64,000 nucleotides of DNA from assembly GCF_003018255.1 (NCBI RefSeq), contig NZ_CP027440.1; one strand, written 5' to 3'. The translations under genes were made by a program, and so were the position numbers. The number at the start of each line of letters is the position of its first letter. The first letter of the stretch is position 1. Source of the stretch: Escherichia coli. GTDB taxonomy: Bacteria > Pseudomonadota > Gammaproteobacteria > Enterobacterales > Enterobacteriaceae. The notes under the pieces are model-generated. The model saw nothing but the letters and a program-made list of their open reading frames with translations. It was not told the origin of the DNA and ran no database searches. Positions 1 to 11,411 of this stretch are shown here, piece after piece.

Positions 1-225
1 GACAGTAATACTGCCTGGTTCAGCGTTGTCATCTCCAGTATCTAACCAACTCTGAACCAGCAATGGGTTATTGCCTTTATTTTCCAGACGCACATTGACG
101 CTTTTTTGTTCGCTTTTATAAACTACGCGTGTACCTGAAATTACGATGTCTGCAATAGCTGATGAGCTAAAAGCCATACAGCTCGCTAAGCACAATGCTG
201 CGGTATGTTTAGTATTAAAAAACAT
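1..225 (-). CDS. yadV: Fimbrial periplasmic chaperone (PapD-like), N-terminal 75 codons only; gene continues beyond the window start
   Basis: Hand translation of minus strand from ATG at 223-225: MFFNTKHTAALCLASCMAFSSSAIADIVISGTRVVYKSEQKSVNVRLENKGNNPLLVQSWLD...; signal peptide plus chaperone N-domain. Absent from ORF track because truncated by window edge. Confidence 0.8.
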   Translation of the reverse strand, partial: MFFNTKHTAALCLASCMAFSSSAIADIVISGTRVVYKSEQKSVNVRLENKGNNPLLVQSWLDTGDDNAEPGSITV

Positions 226-333
226 AAACCGTTCCTCACAGAGTTAATTAAAACAGGGAATAACGTTCAAAAATAAATATGTTTGATGTTATTCCCTATA
301 TATATTCACCCAATCAATTTAGGTGGCTGATAT

Positions 334-924
334 TTACTGGTAAGTAATGGTATATGCTGAGTTAGTTTTTACATAACCGGCAGTTGCTGCTTTGCTTGCA
401 TCAGCACGAACATAGGATGCTTTAAAATCGTAGGTTGCAGTTTTAGACGTTGCATCCAGAGTTTTGCTGTAAACATCACCCGGATTATTAACCTGAACCT
501 GCTTAATAGTGGAACCTTCAATATTATGCAGGGCAATATTCACACCATCAGATGGATTATTGATAGACATATCGTTATTCAGAGTACCTTTGCTATTGCT
601 AAAGAACACGGAACCGAAAGTCATTTTTGCAGTAGTACCCGGAGCCGGGTTAGCTTTGCTGCAGTCAATAGTAATGCTGAATGGCTTAGCTTTAGCACCT
701 ACGGTGGTATCCAGTACACCATCGGTGATTTCAGCAACAGTAGCGGTTTGCAGCAGGATCAAACCATCTTTGTTACCGCCATCAACACGAGCTTCACAGG
801 TGTTATCAACGACCAGGCCGCTAATATTTAACTGACCACCGTCCATATCGTTAGCAGCAAATGCAGTACCAGCAGCCATTGCCAACATAATACCAGACAG
901 CGCAAAACCTAATTTTTTAGACAT
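334..924 (-). CDS. yadN: Fimbrial major subunit-like protein (chaperone-usher pilin)
   Basis: ORF track 334..990 (-); start placed at internal ATG 922-924, giving signal peptide [23 protein letters not shown]; pilin-like C-terminus ...YTITYQ; first gene of the yad fimbrial operon. Confidence 0.85.
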   Translation of the reverse strand: MSKKLGFALSGIMLAMAAGTAFAANDMDGGQLNISGLVVDNTCEARVDGGNKDGLILLQTATVAEITDGVLDTTVGAKAKPFSITIDCSKANPAPGTTAKMTFGSVFFSNSKGTLNNDMSINNPSDGVNIALHNIEGSTIKQVQVNNPGDVYSKTLDATSKTATYDFKASYVRADASKAATAGYVKTNSAYTITYQ

Positions 925-1099
925 AAAAATCCTTGAATAATATTCCATAGAGAGATAACCGCACCGCATGACGATAAGAGTCTGCTGCAATGCTGCGTAA
1001 CAAAATCGTTACTGTGTTAATGATGTTTGTCTGTTGTTTACCAACTATTACATTCATTCATCATCGGGATGGCTATTTTGCATAATGTGATAGCATATG

Positions 1100-1142
1100 C
1101 AATTTAATTTTACTAAAAATAAAAGTTAGTAAAATTAAATTT
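1100..1142. promoter_or_regulatory. Perfect 17-bp inverted repeat (caatttaattttactaa / ttagtaaaattaaattg, 9-nt spacer) in the AT-rich yadN upstream region; candidate regulator-binding site or hairpin
   Basis: Read directly from sequence; about 180 bp upstream of yadN start codon and about 145 bp downstream of folK stop. Confidence 0.35.
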
Positions 1143-1285
1143 GAAAGCTAAGAGGGATAGTGTATGGCGTGAGAATTACGGGAAGGTATATTATATTTTC
1201 TAAAATTTTATTTATCTTAATGATATTGTTTTGGCAATAACTTGAGGTTGTTTTCAGAATATATTTATATTCACACGAATAATAA

Positions 1286-1765
1286 TTACCACTTATCTAA
1301 TTCATTAAAGCCTTTTGCCTGTAGAGCTTCAACTAATGATAAGCCATCAGGAAATAGCAATTCCGGCGCAATTTCAAACAGTGGCCACAGCATAAAGCCG
1401 CGATTTTTCATATCGTAGTGCGGAACGGTCAGACGTTCGGTATTTATTACTTCATTACCAAACAGCATGATGTCGAGATCCAGCGTGCGCGGTCCCCAGC
1501 GTTCAGCTTTACGGACGCGACCTTGCTGCAATTCGATACGCTGTGTGTGATTGAGTAGCTCTTCAGGGGCAAGAGTGGTTTTCAGCGCGACGGCTGCATT
1601 TAAGTAATCGGGTTGATCTTGCGGCCCCAGCGGTGGGGTGCGGTAAAACGAAGAAACAGCAAGAATGCGGCTTTCTGGAATATCGCCTAATGCTTTCAGG
1701 GCAGCATTGACCTGCTCCAGCGGAGAGGCCAGATTGCTGCCGATGGCAATATACGCCACTGTCAT
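1286..1765 (-). CDS. folK: 2-amino-4-hydroxy-6-hydroxymethyldihydropteridine pyrophosphokinase (HPPK)
   Basis: ORF track 1286..1765 (-), 159 aa, [12 protein letters not shown]...; recognised HPPK sequence; start overlaps pcnB stop by 4 nt. Confidence 0.95.
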
Positions 1766-3159
1766 GCGGTACCCTCACGACGCGGTGCGCGTTTGCGTGG
1801 ACGACGAGTACGGCGACGCGGTGACGGTTCTTCATCCAGTTCGTTAAGCATCCCTTTTTGGTCTGGTGGCGCGGAAACCTGGAACTCACCCCACCATTTC
1901 ACCAGACGTTGCAGTTCAGCGTTACGCTCAACTTCGGCTCGTAAGGCCAACAGGTCGTATGCCGCACGGAACTTAGGATGCTCCAGCAGTTTCCAGGCGC
2001 GTTTACCCTGACGTCGGGACATACGCAACTGCAACTGCCAGATATCGCGGGTTAACGTCGTCAGACGTTTCGGGATCGCCAGTGAACGACAGGCTTCGTC
2101 CAGCACGTCGTTCATCGCCAGCGCGAAAGCGTCGTGATAGGTCAGGCCGCTTTCCTGGGCGATCTTCTGTGCCGTCTCCAGCAGTGGGTACCAGAACATG
2201 GCGGCAAACAGGAACGCCGGGTTCACGCGCATATCGTTATGGATACGCGTATCGGTATTCTTCAGCACCTGTTCAATGATCCGCTCCATCGGGCTGTCGC
2301 CATTTTCCGTGAAGTAGCGGGTAATGGTCGGGAACAGCGGCTGGAACAGGTGATATTCACACAGCAGCTTATAGGTTTCGTAACCGTAGCCCGCTTGCAG
2401 CAGTTTCAAAGATTCTTCAAACAGACGTGCCGGTGGAATATCGTTCAGCAGGGTAGCCAGGCGAGGGATCGGTTCTGCGGTTTCAGGACTGATACGCATA
2501 CCCAATTTGGCGGCAAAACGTACCGCGCGCAGCATCCGTACCGGATCTTCACGGTAGCGCGTTTCCGGGTTACCAATCAGACGGATAACGCCGTCCTTCA
2601 GATCCTTCATGCCGCCAACGTAATCACGGACGGTAAAATCTGCCACGCTGTAATACAGGCTGTTGATAGTGAAATCGCGGCGCTGGGCGTCTTCTTCGAT
2701 GGAGCCGAAAATGTTGTCGCGCAGCAACATGCCGTTTTGCCCGCGTTGGGAGGTCGTGCGGTCGCTGACGTTACCTTCGTGATGTCCACGGAAGGTCGCA
2801 ACTTCGATAATCTCCGGGCCAAACATCACATGAGCCAGACGGAAACGGCGACCCACCAGGCGGCAGTTACGGAACAGTTTACGTACCTGTTCAGGCGTGG
2901 CGTTAGTGGTTACGTCAAAATCTTTCGGCTTTTTGCCAAGTAACAGGTCGCGCACGCCACCGCCAACCAGCCAGGCTTCGTATCCCGCTTTATTGAGCCT
3001 GTACATTACCTTCAGGGCATTTTCACTGATATCTTTGCGGGAAATAGCATGCTGCTCACGCGGGATCACCGTCACCTGTGGACGGGCGACTGCCTGTTCA
3101 GCCTCGCTTTCCTCGCGGCTTAGCACCTTGCGGCAAAAATTAGCGACTCGGGTAAAAAT
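1762..3159 (-). CDS. pcnB: Poly(A) polymerase I
   Basis: ORF track 1762..3180 (-). Nucleotidyltransferase motifs ([10 protein letters not shown]...DFD). Start placed at the ATT codon 3157-3159 (IFTRVANF...), known to be the initiation codon in E. coli, giving 465 aa; the upstream TTG at 3178-3180 is the ORF-track alternative. Confidence 0.9.
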
Positions 3160-3218
3160 AGTACACCTCGGTAGTGTCAAACATCATTCAGGACAAAAAA
3201 ATAGCGGCTAATCATAGC

Positions 3219-4145
3219 TCAGCATGACGCATTTGAGAATGTTGAATTTACAATTGCCGACTCAGGCACGGCGGTAAGCCGCCAGTTTTTGACGGCTGAC
3301 TGAAGGATTTGCTCGACGCTGAAATCCTGCCAGTGTGCTTCTGCCTGCTGACCCAGAAATTGAAGTGCCGCGATTAGTACCGGGCGCGGATCGCCTTTCG
3401 GCAACGCAGGCGCATGATTCTGCTTGGAAAGTTTAGCGCCTTGTGTGTTAAGCGCCAGCGGTAAATGAATGTAATCTGGCACTTTCCAGCCAAAAAGCTG
3501 GTACAGCGAGATTTGCCGCACTGTCGGTTCGATCAAATCTGCCCCGCGGACAATTTCGCTCACGCCCTGGAAGTGATCATCCACCACCACCGCCAGGTTA
3601 TAGGCAAACAAACCATCACGGCGATGAATAATAAAATCTTCCCGCGCCAGTTTTTCGTTGGCGTGAATAATGCCGCGCAGCTGATCAGTAAATAGCGTGA
3701 CCGGATGCTGCTGGCGGATACGTACTGCGGCGTTGTCTGGTCCATGATGCAATTCCCGGCAATGACCGTCGTAAATACCGCCAATGCTTTGAATACGCGC
3801 GCGCGTGCAGGTGCAGTAATAACTTAGTCCTTGCTCATGTAACCAGGCGAGTGCTTCGCGATAGGCATCGTGACGTTGCGATTGCCAGAGAACGTCGCCG
3901 TCCCAGTGCAGACCGTAATGTTCCAGCTGGCGCAGGATAGTCTCTGCGGCACCGGGAACTTCACGAGGCGGGTCGATATCTTCAATGCGTACCAGCCAGC
4001 GACCTTGCCGGGCGCGAGCCTGTAAATAGCTGCCAAGCGCGGCAATCAGAGAGCCAAAATGAAGCTCGCCGGAAGGAGAGGGGGCAAAGCGGCCAATATA
4101 GTGTGTGTCTGTCATCTCGTTGAACAAAAAATAAGGCGGGAGCAT
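3219..4145 (-). CDS. gluQ: Glutamyl-queuosine tRNA(Asp) synthetase (truncated GluRS paralog)
   Basis: ORF track 3219..4145 (-), 308 aa; class I aaRS HIGH-type motif ([10 protein letters not shown]). Sits immediately downstream of dksA, as in E. coli. Confidence 0.88.
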   Translation of the reverse strand: MLPPYFLFNEMTDTHYIGRFAPSPSGELHFGSLIAALGSYLQARARQGRWLVRIEDIDPPREVPGAAETILRQLEHYGLHWDGDVLWQSQRHDAYREALAWLHEQGLSYYCTCTRARIQSIGGIYDGHCRELHHGPDNAAVRIRQQHPVTLFTDQLRGIIHANEKLAREDFIIHRRDGLFAYNLAVVVDDHFQGVSEIVRGADLIEPTVRQISLYQLFGWKVPDYIHLPLALNTQGAKLSKQNHAPALPKGDPRPVLIAALQFLGQQAEAHWQDFSVEQILQSAVKNWRLTAVPESAIVNSTFSNASC

Positions 4146-4181
4146 TTCCCGCCTGTGGTAAACGTGATGGAACGGCTGTAT

Positions 4182-4637
4182 TTAGCCAGCCATTTGTTTT
4201 TCGCGAATTTCAGCCAGCGTTTTGCAGTCGATGCACAGATCGGCTGTCGGGCGCGCTTCCAGACGGCGAATACCAATTTCAACACCGCAGGATTCGCAGT
4301 AGCCGAAATCTTCGTCTTCCACTTTTTTCAGCGTCTTCTCGATCTTTTTGATCAGCTTACGCTCGCGATCGCGGTTACGCAGTTCGAGGCTGAACTCTTC
4401 TTCCTGGGCTGCACGGTCTACCGGGTCCGGGAAGTTGGCTGCTTCATCCTGCATATGTGTAACGGTGCGATCGACTTCATCCCTGAGTTGATTACGCCAT
4501 GCTTCCAGAATACGACGGAAGTGCGCCAGCTGGGCTTCATTCATATACTCTTCGCCCGGCTTCTCCTGATATGGTTCCACCCCAGCGATGGCGAGAATAC
4601 TCAGGGACGATGTTTTACGGTTTTGCCCTTCTTGCAT
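4182..4637 (-). CDS. dksA: RNA polymerase-binding transcription factor DksA
   Basis: ORF track 4182..4655 (-); start placed at ATG giving [19 protein letters not shown]... (151 aa); C4 zinc finger CESCGVEI...CIDC. Confidence 0.95.
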   Translation of the reverse strand: MQEGQNRKTSSLSILAIAGVEPYQEKPGEEYMNEAQLAHFRRILEAWRNQLRDEVDRTVTHMQDEAANFPDPVDRAAQEEEFSLELRNRDRERKLIKKIEKTLKKVEDEDFGYCESCGVEIGIRRLEARPTADLCIDCKTLAEIREKQMAG

Positions 4638-4814
4638 GTTGCTTCTCCTTAACACGCACTATCGATCCCCATGTTCGGGGGAAAAATGAGGCCGCTATAA
4701 ATAGCAGATGCTTTTCCGGATAGCAATTATCTAAACGTAACACTTGACAACTGTGTGAGGAAAAGCGTATTTGCGCACGCGACCAGAATGTAAATTAACC
4801 AGTTACATACTTTA

Positions 4815-6064
<1,250 letters not shown>

Positions 6065-6137
6065 GTGAGGCACTCGGTTATGAATTACCGCGATGCTACA
6101 ATGTGGCGCGAAGAATGTTAACCCACTGGAGCGTTTT

Positions 6138-8567
6138 GTGTCGTCGTTGCCCGTTGCTGCCGTCTTACCTGAGTTACTTGCTGCTCTCGATTGTGCATCG
6201 CAGGTGTTATTAAGTGCGCCGACCGGGGCCGGGAAATCAACCTGGCTGCCGCTGCAACTGCTGGCGCATCCCGGCATTAACGGGAAAATTATCCTGCTGG
6301 AGCCGCGTCGTCTGGCGGCGCGTAACGTTGCGCAACGACTGGCGGAGCTGCTTAACGAAAAGCCAGGCGATACCGTTGGCTACCGGATGCGTGCGCAAAA
6401 CTGCGTCGGGCCGAATACCCGCCTGGAAGTGGTTACCGAAGGCGTGCTGACGCGGATGATCCAGCGTGACCCGGAACTGAGCGGTGTTGGATTGGTGATC
6501 CTTGATGAATTTCATGAGCGCAGCTTGCAGGCGGATTTGGCGTTGGCGCTGTTACTCGATGTGCAACAAGGTCTGCGTGATGACCTTAAACTGCTGATTA
6601 TGTCGGCTACGCTGGACAACGACCGCTTGCAGCAAATGCTGCCAGAAGCGCCCGTCGTCATCTCAGAAGGGCGCTCGTTTCCGGTTGAACGCCGTTATTT
6701 GCCGCTGCCCGCTCATCAGCGTTTTGACGAAGCCGTCGCGGTTGCCACCGCCGAAATGCTGCGTCAGGAAAGTGGATCATTACTGTTATTTTTACCTGGC
6801 GTCGGAGAAATTCAGCGTGTGCAGGAACAACTGGCTTCACGCATCGGCAGTGATGTGTTGCTCTGCCCGCTGTATGGCGCGTTGTCGCTGAACGATCAGC
6901 GAAAAGCGATCCTCCCGGCACCGCAAGGGATACGTAAAGTGGTGCTGGCGACCAATATTGCTGAAACCAGTTTAACCATCGAAGGTATTCGTCTGGTGGT
7001 GGATTGTGCCCAGGAGCGTGTGGCGCATTTTGATCCGCGTACAGGGCTTACGCGGCTGGTTACTCAACGCGTTAGTCAGGCGTCGATGACGCAACGTGCC
7101 GGGCGTGCCGGGCGTCTGGAGCCGGGTATCTGCCTGCATTTAATCGCCAAAGAACAAGCAGAACGCGCTGCCGCGCAAAGTGAACCGGAGATCTTACAAA
7201 GCGATCTTTCCGGTTTGCTGATGGAATTACTGCAATGGGGATGCAGCGATACGGCGCAGATGAGCTGGCTGGATCAACCGCCAACGGTGAATCTACAGGC
7301 CGCGAAACGGCTGTTACAAATGCTGGGGGCGCTGGAGGGTGAACGGCTTAGCGCACAAGGGCAAAAAATGGCAGTGCTGGGTAGCGATCCGCGTTTAGCG
7401 GCAATGCTGGTTAGCGCGAAGAACGACGACGAAGCTGCTACCGCGGCAAAAATTGCCGCCATTCTCGAAGAGCCGCCACGGATGGGCAATAGTGACCTGG
7501 GCGTGGCGTTTTCGCGCAATCAACCCGCCTGGCAGCAACGTAGTCAGCAACTGTTAAAACGCTTAAACGTACGCGGCGGTGAGGCAGACAGTTCGCTTAT
7601 CGCGCCGCTACTTGCCGGGGCGTATGCCGATCGCATTGCTTGTCGCCGTGGGCAAGATGGACGCTATCAACTGGCAAACGGCATGGGGGCGATGCTCGAT
7701 GCCGACGATGCGCTAAGCCGCTACGAATGGTTGATCGCACCGTTATTATTGCAGGGCAGCGCCTCGCCGGATGCGCGGATTTTACTGGCGCTACCGGTCG
7801 ATATCGATGAATTAGTACAACGCTGTCCGCAGCTGGTACAGCAGTCGGACACCGTGGAATGGGATGACGCGCAAGGCACGCTGAAAGCCTGGCGTCGGCT
7901 GCAAATCGGTCAGTTGACGGTGAAAGTGCAGCCACTGGCGAAACCCTCGGAAGACGAGTTGCATCAGGCGATGCTTAACGGCATCCGTGATAAAGGTTTA
8001 AGCGTGCTCAACTGGACGGCGGAAGCGGAACAGCTACGCTTGCGTTTGTTATTCGCCGCAAAGTGGTTGCCGGAATATGACTGGCCAGCGGTTGATGATG
8101 AGAGTTTGTTGGCGACGCTGGAAACGTGGCTACTGCCGCATATGAGCGGCGTGCATTCACTACGCGGCCTGAAATCACTCGACATTTATCAGGCGCTACG
8201 CGGATTACTTGATTGGGGAATGCAGCAACGTCTGGATAGTGAATTGCCTGCGCATTACACTGTGCCGACGGGAAGCCGGATCGCCATTCGTTATCATGAA
8301 GATAAACCGCCCGCGCTGGCGGTGAGAATGCAGGAGATGTTTGGTGAGGCCACCAATCCGACGATCGCCCAGGGGCGCGTGCCGCTGGTGCTGGAGTTGC
8401 TTTCCCCTGCCCAAAGGCCATTACAAATCACACGAGATTTGAGCGCCTTCTGGAAAGGAGCGTACCGTGAGGTGCAAAAAGAGATGAAAGGGCGTTATCC
8501 CAAACATGTCTGGCCGGACGACCCGGCAAATACTGCACCGACGCGACGGACGAAAAAGTATTCGTGA
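6138..8567 (+). CDS. hrpB: ATP-dependent RNA helicase HrpB (DEAH-box)
   Basis: ORF track 6093..8567 (+). Walker A APTGAGKST and DEFHER motif. Start placed at GTG 6138 (MSSLPVAAVLPELL..., 809 aa); the upstream ATG at 6093 is the alternative. Confidence 0.88.
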   Translation: MSSLPVAAVLPELLAALDCASQVLLSAPTGAGKSTWLPLQLLAHPGINGKIILLEPRRLAARNVAQRLAELLNEKPGDTVGYRMRAQNCVGPNTRLEVVTEGVLTRMIQRDPELSGVGLVILDEFHERSLQADLALALLLDVQQGLRDDLKLLIMSATLDNDRLQQMLPEAPVVISEGRSFPVERRYLPLPAHQRFDEAVAVATAEMLRQESGSLLLFLPGVGEIQRVQEQLASRIGSDVLLCPLYGALSLNDQRKAILPAPQGIRKVVLATNIAETSLTIEGIRLVVDCAQERVAHFDPRTGLTRLVTQRVSQASMTQRAGRAGRLEPGICLHLIAKEQAERAAAQSEPEILQSDLSGLLMELLQWGCSDTAQMSWLDQPPTVNLQAAKRLLQMLGALEGERLSAQGQKMAVLGSDPRLAAMLVSAKNDDEAATAAKIAAILEEPPRMGNSDLGVAFSRNQPAWQQRSQQLLKRLNVRGGEADSSLIAPLLAGAYADRIACRRGQDGRYQLANGMGAMLDADDALSRYEWLIAPLLLQGSASPDARILLALPVDIDELVQRCPQLVQQSDTVEWDDAQGTLKAWRRLQIGQLTVKVQPLAKPSEDELHQAMLNGIRDKGLSVLNWTAEAEQLRLRLLFAAKWLPEYDWPAVDDESLLATLETWLLPHMSGVHSLRGLKSLDIYQALRGLLDWGMQQRLDSELPAHYTVPTGSRIAIRYHEDKPPALAVRMQEMFGEATNPTIAQGRVPLVLELLSPAQRPLQITRDLSAFWKGAYREVQKEMKGRYPKHVWPDDPANTAPTRRTKKYS

Positions 8568-8660
8568 AGACCAAAGCAAATTTGAGAGATATCTTCTTCT
8601 GTCTTGCAACAGAAGAACAGAAAATCGGGCTTTTGCGCCTGAATATTGCGGAGAAAAAGC

Positions 8661-11192
8661 ATGGCCGGGAATGACCGCGAGCCAATTGGACGCAAAGGGA
8701 AACCGACGCGTCCGGTCAAACAAAAGGTAAGCCGTCGTCGTTACGAAGATGACGATTACGACGATTATGATGACTATGAGGATGAAGAACCGATGCCGCG
8801 CAAAGGTAAGGGCAAAGGCAAAGGGCGTAAGCCTCGTGGCAAACGCGGCTGGCTATGGCTGCTGCTAAAACTGGCTATCGTTTTTGCCGTGCTGATCGCC
8901 ATTTACGGCGTTTATCTCGATCAAAAAATTCGCAGCCGTATTGATGGCAAGGTCTGGCAATTGCCCGCGGCAGTTTATGGCCGAATGGTCAACCTTGAGC
9001 CAGACATGACCATCAGCAAGAACGAAATGGTGAAGCTGCTGGAGGCGACCCAGTATCGTCAGGTGTCGAAAATGACCCGTCCTGGCGAATTTACCGTGCA
9101 GGCCAACAGCATTGAGATGATCCGCCGTCCGTTTGATTTCCCGGACAGTAAAGAAGGGCAGGTGCGTGCGCGTCTGACCTTTGATGGCGATCATCTGGCG
9201 ACGATCGTCAATATGGAGAACAACCGTCAGTTTGGTTTCTTCCGTCTTGATCCGCGCCTGATCACCATGATCTCCTCGCCAAACGGTGAGCAGCGTTTGT
9301 TTGTGCCGCGCAGTGGTTTCCCGGATTTGCTGGTGGATACTTTGCTGGCGACAGAAGACCGCCATTTCTACGAGCATGATGGGATCAGTCTCTACTCCAT
9401 CGGACGTGCGGTGCTGGCAAACCTGACCGCCGGACGCACGGTGCAGGGTGCGAGTACGCTGACGCAACAGCTGGTGAAAAACCTGTTCCTCTCCAGCGAG
9501 CGCTCTTACTGGCGTAAAGCGAACGAAGCTTACATGGCGCTGATCATGGACGCGCGTTACAGCAAAGACCGTATTCTTGAGCTGTATATGAACGAGGTGT
9601 ATCTCGGTCAGAGCGGCGACAACGAAATCCGCGGCTTCCCGCTGGCGAGCTTGTATTACTTTGGTCGCCCAGTAGAAGAATTGAGCCTCGACCAGCAGGC
9701 GCTGTTGGTGGGTATGGTGAAAGGGGCGTCCATCTACAATCCGTGGCGTAACCCGAAACTGGCGTTGGAGCGACGTAATCTGGTACTGCGTCTGCTGCAA
9801 CAGCAACAGATTATTGATCAAGAACTCTATGACATGTTGAGTGCACGTCCGCTGGGGGTTCAGCCGCGCGGTGGGGTGATCTCTCCACAGCCAGCCTTTA
9901 TGCAACTGGTGCGTCAGGAGCTGCAGGCAAAACTGGGCGATAAGGTAAAAGATCTCTCCGGCGTGAAGATCTTCACTACCTTTGACTCGGTGGCCCAGGA
10001 CGCGGCAGAAAAAGCCGCCGTGGAAGGCATTCCGGCACTGAAGAAACAGCGTAAGTTGAGCGATCTTGAAACCGCGATTGTGGTCGTCGACCGCTTTAGT
10101 GGTGAAGTTCGTGCGATGGTTGGAGGTTCTGAGCCGCAGTTTGCGGGCTACAACCGTGCGATGCAGGCGCGTCGTTCGATTGGTTCCCTTGCAAAACCAG
10201 CGACTTATCTGACGGCCTTAAGCCAGCCGAAAATCTATCGCCTGAACACGTGGATTGCGGATGCGCCAATCGCGCTACGTCAGCCGAATGGCCAGGTCTG
10301 GTCACCGCAGAACGATGACCGTCGTTATAGCGAAAGCGGCAGAGTGATGCTGGTAGATGCGTTGACCCGTTCGATGAACGTGCCGACGGTGAATCTGGGC
10401 ATGGCGTTGGGGCTGCCTGCGGTTACGGAGACCTGGATTAAACTGGGTGTGCCGAAAGATCAACTGAATCCAGTTCCAGCAATGTTGTTGGGGGCGTTGA
10501 ACTTAACGCCAATCGAAGTGGCGCAGGCGTTCCAGACCATCGCCAGCGGTGGTAACCGTGCTCCGCTTTCTGCACTGCGTTCGGTAATCGCGGAAGATGG
10601 CAAGGTGCTGTATCAGAGCTTCCCGCAGGCGGAACGCGCTGTTCCGGCGCAGGCGGCGTATCTGACACTATGGACCATGCAGCAGGTGGTACAACGTGGT
10701 ACGGGGCGTCAGCTTGGGGCGAAATACCCGAACCTGCATCTGGCAGGGAAAACAGGGACTACCAACAATAACGTAGATACCTGGTTTGCGGGCATTGACG
10801 GCAGTACGGTGACCATCACCTGGGTAGGCCGTGATAACAACCAACCGACCAAATTGTATGGAGCCAGCGGGGCAATGTCGATTTATCAGCGTTATCTGGC
10901 TAACCAGACGCCAACACCGCTGAATCTTGTTCCGCCAGAAGATATTGCAGATATGGGCGTGGACTATGACGGCAACTTTGTTTGCAGCGGTGGCATGCGT
11001 GTCTTGCCGGTCTGGACCAGCGATCCGCAATCGCTGTGCCAGCAGAGTGAGATGCAGCAGCAGCCGTCAGGCAATCCGTTTGATCAGTCTTCTCAGCCGC
11101 AGCAACAGCCGCAACAGCAACCTGCTCAGCAAGAGCAGAAAGACAGCGACGGTGTAGCCGGTTGGATCAAGGATATGTTTGGTAGTAATTAA
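8661..11192 (+). CDS. mrcB: Penicillin-binding protein 1B (bifunctional glycosyltransferase/transpeptidase)
   Basis: ORF track 8646..11192 (+); start at [13 protein letters not shown]...; acidic [14 protein letters not shown] tract, TM helix [29 protein letters not shown] and SxxK motifs, Q/P-rich C-terminus. Confidence 0.93.
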   Translation: MAGNDREPIGRKGKPTRPVKQKVSRRRYEDDDYDDYDDYEDEEPMPRKGKGKGKGRKPRGKRGWLWLLLKLAIVFAVLIAIYGVYLDQKIRSRIDGKVWQLPAAVYGRMVNLEPDMTISKNEMVKLLEATQYRQVSKMTRPGEFTVQANSIEMIRRPFDFPDSKEGQVRARLTFDGDHLATIVNMENNRQFGFFRLDPRLITMISSPNGEQRLFVPRSGFPDLLVDTLLATEDRHFYEHDGISLYSIGRAVLANLTAGRTVQGASTLTQQLVKNLFLSSERSYWRKANEAYMALIMDARYSKDRILELYMNEVYLGQSGDNEIRGFPLASLYYFGRPVEELSLDQQALLVGMVKGASIYNPWRNPKLALERRNLVLRLLQQQQIIDQELYDMLSARPLGVQPRGGVISPQPAFMQLVRQELQAKLGDKVKDLSGVKIFTTFDSVAQDAAEKAAVEGIPALKKQRKLSDLETAIVVVDRFSGEVRAMVGGSEPQFAGYNRAMQARRSIGSLAKPATYLTALSQPKIYRLNTWIADAPIALRQPNGQVWSPQNDDRRYSESGRVMLVDALTRSMNVPTVNLGMALGLPAVTETWIKLGVPKDQLNPVPAMLLGALNLTPIEVAQAFQTIASGGNRAPLSALRSVIAEDGKVLYQSFPQAERAVPAQAAYLTLWTMQQVVQRGTGRQLGAKYPNLHLAGKTGTTNNNVDTWFAGIDGSTVTITWVGRDNNQPTKLYGASGAMSIYQRYLANQTPTPLNLVPPEDIADMGVDYDGNFVCSGGMRVLPVWTSDPQSLCQQSEMQQQPSGNPFDQSSQPQQQPQQQPAQQEQKDSDGVAGWIKDMFGSN

Positions 11193-11208
11193 CGTCTAAG
11201 CGTGACAT

Positions 11209-11233
11209 ACCGGATGGCGAGTAGCCATCCGGT
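11209..11233 (+). terminator. Perfect 10-bp stem hairpin (accggatggc-gagta-gccatccggt) just downstream of mrcB stop; no U-tract
   Basis: Read from sequence; followed by A-rich not T-rich sequence, so function as intrinsic terminator is uncertain. Confidence 0.3.
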
Positions 11234-11340
11234 AAAATAACATCCCACCCAAAGTATTAACCCTTTCTTTTCATCTGGTTGTTTATTAACCCTTCAGGAA
11301 CGCTCAGATTGCGTACCGCTTGCGAACCCGCCAGCGTTTC

Positions 11341-11390
11341 GAATATTATCTTATCTTTATAATAATCATTCTCGTTTACGTTATCATTCA
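11341..11390 (+). promoter_or_regulatory. Fur-box-like AT-rich repeats (gaatattatcttatc / tttataataatcattctcg / ttatcattc) in the fhuA promoter region
   Basis: About 14/19 match to the GATAATGATAATCATTATC consensus, 20-70 bp upstream of fhuA start; fhuA is a classical Fur-repressed gene. Confidence 0.5.
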
Positions 11391-11411
11391 CTTTATATCA
11401 GAGATATACCA

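Noticed and set aside
2134-2943. 269-aa plus-strand ORF antisense to pcnB
   Set aside because: Lies entirely within the pcnB coding region on the opposite strand; low-complexity Arg/Gln/Phe-rich translation with no recognisable domain. A shadow ORF.
8865-9905. 346-aa minus-strand ORF antisense to mrcB
   Set aside because: Wholly embedded antisense in mrcB; no start context or domain. A shadow ORF.
11209-11233. Palindrome downstream of mrcB as a REP element
   Set aside because: A perfect hairpin, but the sequence (accggatggc...gccatccggt) does not fit the REP consensus seen at 57408-57440; kept only as a low-confidence hairpin.
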